Source: Longimicrobiales bacterium (GTDB lineage: Bacteria > Gemmatimonadota > Gemmatimonadetes > Longimicrobiales > Gaopeijiaceae). From it: a stretch of DNA of 64,000 nt. Positions 57,693-64,000 of the stretch are shown here, piece by piece; position 1 is the stretch's first letter; every line of letters begins with the position of its first letter. The position numbers were made by a program, and so were the translations under genes. A model generated the notes under the pieces. The model saw nothing but the letters and a program-made list of their open reading frames with translations. It did no database searches and was not told where the DNA came from. The stretch is from contig OY282361.1 of assembly GCA_958295645.1 (NCBI GenBank), forward strand, positions 516,927 through 580,926, written 5' to 3'.

Positions 57693-57729
57693 AGGAGCCG
57701 GACGGCATGGCGCCGCCCAGCGCTGCCAG

Positions 57730-58191
57730 CTAGAGGACTTCGATCTCGTACCCGAGCCGCCAGTTCTCCATGTTCTCCGGGTCGGCCGACGCCTCGTCTC
57801 CCGGTTGCACGACGGCGGCGTGGCCCTCGATGGGACCGGTGAACTCTCGGCGGTACGGCGCCAGCTGGTCGTTGGCCGAGAACTGGTCCAATTCCTCGCC
57901 GTTGAACTCCACGACCAAGTGGTCGGTCACCTCCCCTTCGAAGACGACCCTGTCCAGCTTGCTAAGCTTGTTCCAGCGCGGATGGTCCGAAATCGAGTAG
58001 TGACCCGCCCTGGGAACCCTCGTCTCCTGAACCTTCCCGCCGTGGTTGTCGGTCCACACCTTGGCGCGAAAGACGAATTCGCCCTTTTCCTTGAAGAAAG
58101 GCTCCAGGTTGTCGAGGATCTGCACCCACCGGAGGGTGACCCGCACGCTCTTGCCCGTCGACTCCGCCATTTCCGCTCCTTTGTGAACCAT
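57730..58191 (-). CDS. Hypothetical protein (153 aa)
   Basis: ORF only; no recognisable motif. Confidence 0.35.
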   Translation of the reverse strand: MVHKGAEMAESTGKSVRVTLRWVQILDNLEPFFKEKGEFVFRAKVWTDNHGGKVQETRVPRAGHYSISDHPRWNKLSKLDRVVFEGEVTDHLVVEFNGEELDQFSANDQLAPYRREFTGPIEGHAAVVQPGDEASADPENMENWRLGYEIEVL

Positions 58192-58504
58192 GCGCCTGCG
58201 GCCGTGCGGCCCGGCCTGTCGCCCGACAAGATACCGGAAACCGGGTTGCCAGTCCAGAACCGGCCCGCCGGCCTGGATCCAGCGCCGCTCCCGCTGGGGA
58301 GGCCGGATCCGGTCGGGTCGCCGGATTGGCAGCGGGCCAGCGAATTGACGGGCCCGCCAGCGCTGGACTAGGTTGGCCGCAGACCGTTGCCCCGCCATCC
58401 CCGATTCGCCGCCCGGCCGCTCCCGACTGGTGTCCCCCGCTCCCGATAGTTCGCGTCCGCCGGCCGGAGCTCCGCCGCCCGGCGCCGGACGCGGGTCGAG
58501 AGAC

Positions 58505-59794
58505 GTGGCGTTGCTGCTGGGGATTCGCTTGGCGACCCTGGGCTTGGCGGTCGCCGTCCAGTCGGCTCTGGCGCGCACCCTCCTCCCGGCCGACCGGGGC
58601 GCCTACGCGCTGGTCACCTCGGTGGCCGTCTTTCTGTGCATGGCCTCCACAGCGAGCGTCCACCACGGCGCCCAGTACGAGATCCTCACCAAGAAGACGA
58701 GTCCTTCCCAAGGCATGTCCGCGGCGCTCGCCATCTCCGTGGTGGGCTCGCTCCTGGCCGCCGCCGTTGCGGTTCCGGTCGTTCTGGCCGTAGTCGGCGC
58801 CTCCGGAGACGCGAACGAGCGGACGTTCCTGCTCGCGTTGACGGTGATGCCGTTGTACGCGTTCACGACGACGGCGAACGGCCTGTTGCTCGCGTTCTCG
58901 CGGTTCGGCGCGATGGGACTCGTGGAGCTGGTCATGGCCTTCTTCCAGCTCGCGGGCACGTTGCTTCTGGCGGGCCAGCTGGCGTTGGGCGTGGACGGCG
59001 CGGTCGTCGCCTTCACCGCCTGCGTCGCGGTGGGCGGCGTTCTTGCGGTCGGCTTCCTGCGCCTCAAGTGCGGCGTCGCTTTGCAGGCTCCGACGCGCGC
59101 CGGATTGCTGGCGGTGCTGCGATACGGCCGCAAGATCCACGTGGCCAACATCTGCGAGTTTCTGGAGCCGCGGATCGGGATCCTGGTCCTCTGGCTTCTG
59201 GCGAGCAGCGCCGAAGTGGGCTTCTTCGCGGCCGCGAGCGTGCTGGCCGTGGGCATGTACGCGTTGCCGGCCGCCTTCAGCGGGGCGCTGCTGCCTCGCA
59301 TCACGGGCGCCGACCAGTCGCAGCCGTTCTTGGTGGCCTTTTCGCTCAGGATCGTCGGGTGGGCCGCGGCGCTGGGCGTGCTGGCCCTCTTCGCCGCGCG
59401 GGGACCGTTCGTGCGCACGGTTCTGGGCGACGAGTTCCTTCCGGTCGTCTCGTTGGTGCCGGCGCTCGGACCGGGAATGGTGGCCGGGGCGCTGTCCATT
59501 GTGGTCGTCGCCTACCTCAAGGCCGAGGGCCGCCCGGAACTCCCCTCGTACGCGGCCTTGATCCAGGTCGCTTCGATGACCTTCCTCACCTTCCTGCTGT
59601 ATCCGCGAATGGGCTTGGTCGGGGCGGCCTGGGCGCTCTCCATCGCCCTGGTTGCCCGCGGTCTCTTCCTGCTGGCCTTCTTTTGCAGGCTCTCGGGCGA
59701 AGCGTGGACCTCGGCCTGGAGGCTGCGGCGCGCGGATCTCGCGATGCTCCGGCAAGGAGTTCTGGCGATGGCGCCTCGGCGGGTGCGGGGGTGA
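58505..59794 (+). CDS. wzx: Oligosaccharide flippase (Wzx/MOP-superfamily polysaccharide biosynthesis protein)
   Basis: About 12 TM helices. GTG start. The stop overlaps the GT4 gene. Confidence 0.7.
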   Translation: MALLLGIRLATLGLAVAVQSALARTLLPADRGAYALVTSVAVFLCMASTASVHHGAQYEILTKKTSPSQGMSAALAISVVGSLLAAAVAVPVVLAVVGASGDANERTFLLALTVMPLYAFTTTANGLLLAFSRFGAMGLVELVMAFFQLAGTLLLAGQLALGVDGAVVAFTACVAVGGVLAVGFLRLKCGVALQAPTRAGLLAVLRYGRKIHVANICEFLEPRIGILVLWLLASSAEVGFFAAASVLAVGMYALPAAFSGALLPRITGADQSQPFLVAFSLRIVGWAAALGVLALFAARGPFVRTVLGDEFLPVVSLVPALGPGMVAGALSIVVVAYLKAEGRPELPSYAALIQVASMTFLTFLLYPRMGLVGAAWALSIALVARGLFLLAFFCRLSGEAWTSAWRLRRADLAMLRQGVLAMAPRRVRG

Positions 59795-60885
59795 AGCCCA
59801 AGCGGGCGGCGTTGTTTCTCCCGTCCCTGGAGGGCGGAGGAGCCGAAAGGCACCTGCTGAGCGTCGCCAAGGGCCTCGTGGAGCATGGATTCTCCGTCGA
59901 CATGGTCTTGGCGCGGGCCGCCGGGCCCTTCCTGCCGCTCCTGCCCCCCGGCGTCAGGCTGATCGATCTCCAGTCGAAGAAGACGCTCGCCAGTCTCCCC
60001 GGCCTGCTCGAGTACCTGAAGAGCGAGCGTCCGGAGGCGATGTTGCCGTCCCTGAACGCCATCGTGACGGCCCTGGTCGCCAAGAAGTTCTTCGCCAAGG
60101 ACGTGCGCGTCGTGGCGAACTACCAGAGCACGTTCTCCGAGGAGATGAGGCACGCGCCCAGGGCCGGAAGGGCGGCGATGACGGCGCTGCGCCTCCTGCT
60201 TCCCACCGCCGACGCCGTCGTCGTGGCCTCGCGGGGAGCCGCCGAGGACTTGACCGACCGCGTACCCGCGGTTCGGGGGAGGACCCGTGTGATCTGGAAT
60301 GCCGTCGATGTCCCGCCTCGCGCCTCCGTGGCGGCCGTGCCGCATCCCTGGTTCGAGAATCCGGGGCCTCCAATCGTCTTGTCCGTGGGCCGTCTCGACG
60401 CCGGGAAGGATCACCGGACGCTGCTCAAGGCGTTCGCCGAAGTGCGCAGGCGTCGTCCAGTGCGCCTCGTCGTGCTGGGCGAGGGCCCGCTTCGGGCTTC
60501 GCTGGAGTCGCTCTCGCGCAGCCTAGGGGTCGACGGCTGCGTGGATTTCCCCGGATTCCAGCCCAACCCCTACGGCTACATGGCCCGTGCGCAGGTGTTC
60601 GCGTTCTCGTCGAGGTTCGAAGGGATGCCGGTCGTTCTGCTCGAAGCCTTGGCCTTCGGCACGCCGGTCGTCAGCACCGACTGCCCCCACGGCCCGGCCG
60701 AGATCCTCGAAGAAGGCAGGTGGGGACGGCTCGTCCCGGTCGGAGACTGGCGGAGCATGGCCGAGGCCGTCTTGGCGACGCTCGAGAGTCCCCCGGCGCC
60801 AGGTCCCCTTATCGACCGGGCCCGAGCCTTCTCGGCCTTCTCGACAGCCGGCCGGTTCGCGGAGGCGCTCTTCCCGGGGTTCTGA
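59791..60885 (+). CDS. Glycosyltransferase family 4 (RfaG-like)
   Basis: FSSRFEGMPVVLLEALAFGTPVVSTD is the GT4 EX7E region. Confidence 0.8.
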   Translation: MKPKRAALFLPSLEGGGAERHLLSVAKGLVEHGFSVDMVLARAAGPFLPLLPPGVRLIDLQSKKTLASLPGLLEYLKSERPEAMLPSLNAIVTALVAKKFFAKDVRVVANYQSTFSEEMRHAPRAGRAAMTALRLLLPTADAVVVASRGAAEDLTDRVPAVRGRTRVIWNAVDVPPRASVAAVPHPWFENPGPPIVLSVGRLDAGKDHRTLLKAFAEVRRRRPVRLVVLGEGPLRASLESLSRSLGVDGCVDFPGFQPNPYGYMARAQVFAFSSRFEGMPVVLLEALAFGTPVVSTDCPHGPAEILEEGRWGRLVPVGDWRSMAEAVLATLESPPAPGPLIDRARAFSAFSTAGRFAEALFPGF

Positions 60886-60951
60886 TTGATTCGCCCGTGC
60901 GTTACATTCCCCCTGTTAAGCGGGATCGGATTCCTTCAGGAGCGACGACTT

Positions 60952-62051
60952 TGAAAGAGCAAGGCGAGCCGACCGGCGTCGCCGGCGAGGATCTGGAGGC
61001 ACACTCCGGGTCCGGCGAGCCGACGCTCGACTTTTCGTTGTTTGCGCTCGGCGCCGTGTTCTTGCGCCATGGCCGGGTCATCCTGCTGAGCGCTCTTGCC
61101 TTGAGTTTCGCAGCAGCGGCCAAGAACTGGCTCCGCGAGCCCGAGTACTCGACGCGGGCGATCATCCGGGGCCAGCAGCGGCAGGAGACCGACCTTCTCT
61201 CCGCGGCCGACGGCCTCGCGCAGCGTTTGGGCTTGAGCTCCGCCGGGAGGGGCCTGCATCCGTTGCGCTTGAAGCAAGTGCTCAACTCGCGCGAAGTGCT
61301 CGATTCCGTCGGCAGCCGCCTCTACACGGTCGAGACCGAGGACGGGATCAAGCGTCTTCATTTGGCGGATCTTCTGGAGGTCCGGCGCCCGGGCGAGGAG
61401 AGGAGGCGGAGGCGGGTGAGAGGTTGGTTGCGCGGCGCCGTTCTCGTGCAGCCCGATTTGCCGACGAGTTCGATTTCGATCGTGGTGCGGTCCCGCTGGC
61501 CTCGCATTTCCCAGAGCATCGCGCAACAGTTGATCTCCGAGGTCGACCGGTTCAACGTCGAGACCCGGCAGACCAGTTCGCGAGCGGAGCGAGAATTCAT
61601 CGAGGGGCAGCTGGACTCCGCGGCCCATGCCTTGACGAAGGCCGAGGTCGCGTTGCAGGAGTTCAAAGACGCGAACAGAGAGTACGGCGAATGGTCTCCG
61701 CTGACGGTCGAGCACGGCCGACTGGCGGAGGACGTGACGCAGAAGCGCCGACTGTACGCGAACTTGAGGGTGAGGTACGACGACGCCAAGGTCTCGGAAG
61801 TCCGCGACACTCCCGTCATAACCGTGATTCAACATCCGTTTCTGCCGGAGCAGCCCGCCTCCCAGGGCTTGATCCGCGGAGCTGCGTCCGGGTTCGTGGC
61901 AGGCGGCTTGGTTGCCTTCATGGTGGTCTTGCTGGTGCAGTACTTCACGAAGTCGGCCAATGCCGCCGTGCACCGCGAACTTCGAATGGCGTGGAACCAC
62001 TTCGTCGCGTCGATGCCAGTCCCCTTTCTTCGCAACCTGAAGAGAAAATGA
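60952..62051 (+). CDS. wzz: Polysaccharide co-polymerase / chain-length determinant (Wzz/GumC-like, no kinase domain)
   Basis: Two TM segments flank a coiled-coil periplasmic region. TTG start chosen at 60952. The stop overlaps wza (ATGA). Confidence 0.6.
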
Positions 62052-64000
62052 CCCGAACCCCAGTCTGTTCAGCAGGGCGTGGTTCCTGCTCTGGCCTGCT
62101 TGCGTTTGCGCTGGCGGCGGCGCCGGTTGCAGGAGCTTCGGCCGTGCCGTCGTCGCCTGCCCCCGCACTTGATCTGCAGGACCGGTCCGCAATCGAGGCC
62201 CAGATCCAGGCCAGCGGGATGACGATTGCCCAGCTTCAGGCGATGGCTCGGCAGTCGGGTATGAGCCAAGCCCAGATCCGCCAACGACTTGTGACGGAGG
62301 GATACGATCCCGCTTTGGTGGACGAACTCTTCTTGGGCGTGGGCGCCGGTCTGGAGGTCGGCACGACCGCGCCGTCGCCGTTTGCGAGCGACAGGTTGGT
62401 GGAGGCGTTGAGCGCCCTGGGCTTGCTGTCGGAGACGAACCCACGGGACCAAGGTGCACAGCCGGCCGAAGCAGAAATGGAAGAGACGGAGGACGGAGCC
62501 GCCGGGGCCGCCCGCCTCCGTGTGTTCGGCAGCGACGTCTTTGGCAGGGGCGCAATGGAGCCCGTGCATTCCGGGCCGGCCGGGGCAGACTACGTACTGG
62601 GACCTGGAGACGCGCTTCTTGTCGTTCTGGCCGGCGACGTGGAACGGGTGCACAGGCCAATAGTCACTCGCGAAGGGGTGGTGATCATGCCCCGCGTTGG
62701 CCAGATGGTCGTCTCTGGATTGTCGCTAGCCGAGTTCGAGGATCGTCTGGAGCAACGGCTCCGCGCCGTCTACAGCGACGTGGGGAGGGATGCGAGCGCC
62801 CGCATCCGCTTCTCGGTGTCGATCGGCAGACTTCGAACCATTCAAGTGCATGTCGTCGGGGCCGTGACCAATCCCGGCTCGTACTTGGTGAGTTCCGTAG
62901 CCACCTTGATCGACGCCCTCTACAGGGCTGGAGGCCCGACGAGCCGAGGGAGCTACCGGCATGTGCGGCTGGTGCGCGGCAACGAAGTGATCGAGGCGGA
63001 TCTATATCCCTACATCACGTCGGGCGGTCCCGGCTCGTATCCGAGGTTGCGCGGGGGAGATGTCGTCCACGTGCCGTGGGTCGGAAAGCAAGTGACGGTC
63101 CGCGGGCAGATACGCAATCCGGCCGTCTACGAACTCCGCGACGGGGAGAGCTTGGCCGACGTGCTGGGATTCGCTGGTGGTCTGTTGCCGACCGGGCGAA
63201 GCGACTTGGCGAACGTCGAGCGGATCCTGCCGCTGGACGTCCGAGGCGGGCTGACGGACCGTGTCTTCATGAACGCTCCGCTGGACTCGGTGTTGCAGGG
63301 AGCGGCCTCGTTCCCGCTCGAGGCGGGCGACGACGTCGAAGTCCTGCCGATTCGGGAGCGAGTTCTCAATCTCGTCAGTGTCTCGGGTGCGGTATCGTGG
63401 GCGGGAGCCTACGAGTTGGAGCCCGGCATGAGGTTGAGCGACCTTCTTGCCAGAGCGGGAGGCTTGACCCAGGACGCCCATTTGAGCGAGATACAGATCG
63501 TGCGAGTGGACGTGAGCGACGAGAGCCGGACGATGATTCGTCACGATTTGAGCGTGGACCCGGCCGGTCCGCTCCTTGTCGGCCGGGACGAGGTCATAGT
63601 GTTCTCCAAGGCGGTGCTGAGGTCCGCAGACTCGGTGTCGATCGAAGGACATGTCCGTCGGCCCGGCAGGTATCCTTTTGTGGAAGGGATGACCGCGGGC
63701 GACATGATCATGCTGGCCGGCGGCTACACGATAGGAGCGGTGCCATGGCGCGTCGAGATTTCCCGGCTTGTGAAGGGAGAGACAATGTACGAGACGGAGA
63801 CGGTCGTCTCGGGAGTCCGACCGACGGTCGCCGGGTTCCTCAGTAGTGGCAACTCGTCCGGTGGGCTGGCGGCCGTCGAGGTGCCGCTCCAGTCACGCGA
63901 CCGCGTCTTCGTCCGAGGGCAGACCGGTTACGACGTGGCGGGCAGCGTGGTCTTTTTGAGCGGACAGTTCGTGAGTCCAGGAACATACGTGTTGGAGACG
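62048..64000 (+). CDS. wza: Polysaccharide export protein Wza-like (Poly_export + SLBB domains); 3' end beyond the window
   Basis: Signal peptide, YVLGPGDALLV (PGD export motif), and repeated SLBB-like segments. The frame is open to the window end. Confidence 0.8.
   Translation, partial: MTRTPVCSAGRGSCSGLLAFALAAAPVAGASAVPSSPAPALDLQDRSAIEAQIQASGMTIAQLQAMARQSGMSQAQIRQRLVTEGYDPALVDELFLGVGAGLEVGTTAPSPFASDRLVEALSALGLLSETNPRDQGAQPAEAEMEETEDGAAGAARLRVFGSDVFGRGAMEPVHSGPAGADYVLGPGDALLVVLAGDVERVHRPIVTREGVVIMPRVGQMVVSGLSLAEFEDRLEQRLRAVYSDVGRDASARIRFSVSIGRLRTIQVHVVGAVTNPGSYLVSSVATLIDALYRAGGPTSRGSYRHVRLVRGNEVIEADLYPYITSGGPGSYPRLRGGDVVHVPWVGKQVTVRGQIRNPAVYELRDGESLADVLGFAGGLLPTGRSDLANVERILPLDVRGGLTDRVFMNAPLDSVLQGAASFPLEAGDDVEVLPIRERVLNLVSVSGAVSWAGAYELEPGMRLSDLLARAGGLTQDAHLSEIQIVRVDVSDESRTMIRHDLSVDPAGPLLVGRDEVIVFSKAVLRSADSVSIEGHVRRPGRYPFVEGMTAGDMIMLAGGYTIGAVPWRVEISRLVKGETMYETETVVSGVRPTVAGFLSSGNSSGGLAAVEVPLQSRDRVFVRGQTGYDVAGSVVFLSGQFVSPGTYVLET

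Overview
High-GC (~68-70%) bacterial chromosomal window, probably Gram-negative (TonB-dependent receptor, Wza, lipobox lipoproteins); no rRNA, tRNA or CRISPR array was recognised. The gene products read from the supplied translations are listed here. 1-2.6 kb: a 4-bp-overlap-coupled run of serine-hydrolase C-terminus, MpaB/DUF2236-like oxygenase and sulfotransferase. 2.6-4.9 kb: a type II restriction-modification operon with a C5-cytosine methyltransferase, an NgoMIV/Cfr10I-family endonuclease and a Vsr endonuclease. 5-11.2 kb: an AAA_14/DUF4143 ATPase and a three-gene 2-oxoacid:ferredoxin oxidoreductase cluster (GltD-like FAD/[4Fe-4S] subunit, korA, korB). 11.2-26.5 kb: an accessory-looking island with local GC dips. 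It holds a 5' remnant of an ATPase gene, an AlbA_2/HATPase_c_4 protein, a large BNR/sortilin-type repeat protein, a lipoprotein and a second DUF4143 ATPase. It also holds a segmentally duplicated gene of unknown function (one copy free-standing, one fused to ketopantoate reductase PanE), arrays of an 18-bp motif at 23-bp period, an IS5-family element with a frameshifted transposase, an acyl-CoA synthetase and a low-GC orphan AAA_21 ATPase. 26.5-37.3 kb: a frameshifted TonB-dependent receptor, a PQQ-dependent dehydrogenase, an NfeD/flotillin pair, and pstSCAB with two tandem pstB genes and a tandemly multiplied 3' end. 37.3-42.2 kb and 58.5-64 kb: two exopolysaccharide/envelope loci. The first has an RsmC-like methyltransferase, a GT32-like protein, cardiolipin synthase and a priming sugar transferase preceded by a 16-nt poly-G tract. 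The second has wzx, a GT4 glycosyltransferase, wzz and a wza partial at the window end. Between them lie a YbaK-like deacylase, a class V aminotransferase, glutaminyl cyclase, ferritin, an FmdB zinc ribbon, a MATE transporter, threonine aldolase, a DtxR-FeoA fusion regulator and feoB with an IdeR-like operator, ferredoxin-NADP+ reductase, a cytochrome c, a PA0069-family radical SAM protein and sufE. The most unusual content is the duplicated unknown-function module with its repeat arrays and IS insertion, and the homopolymer tract in front of the EPS priming transferase. Manual coordinates may be off by 1 nt at some starts.
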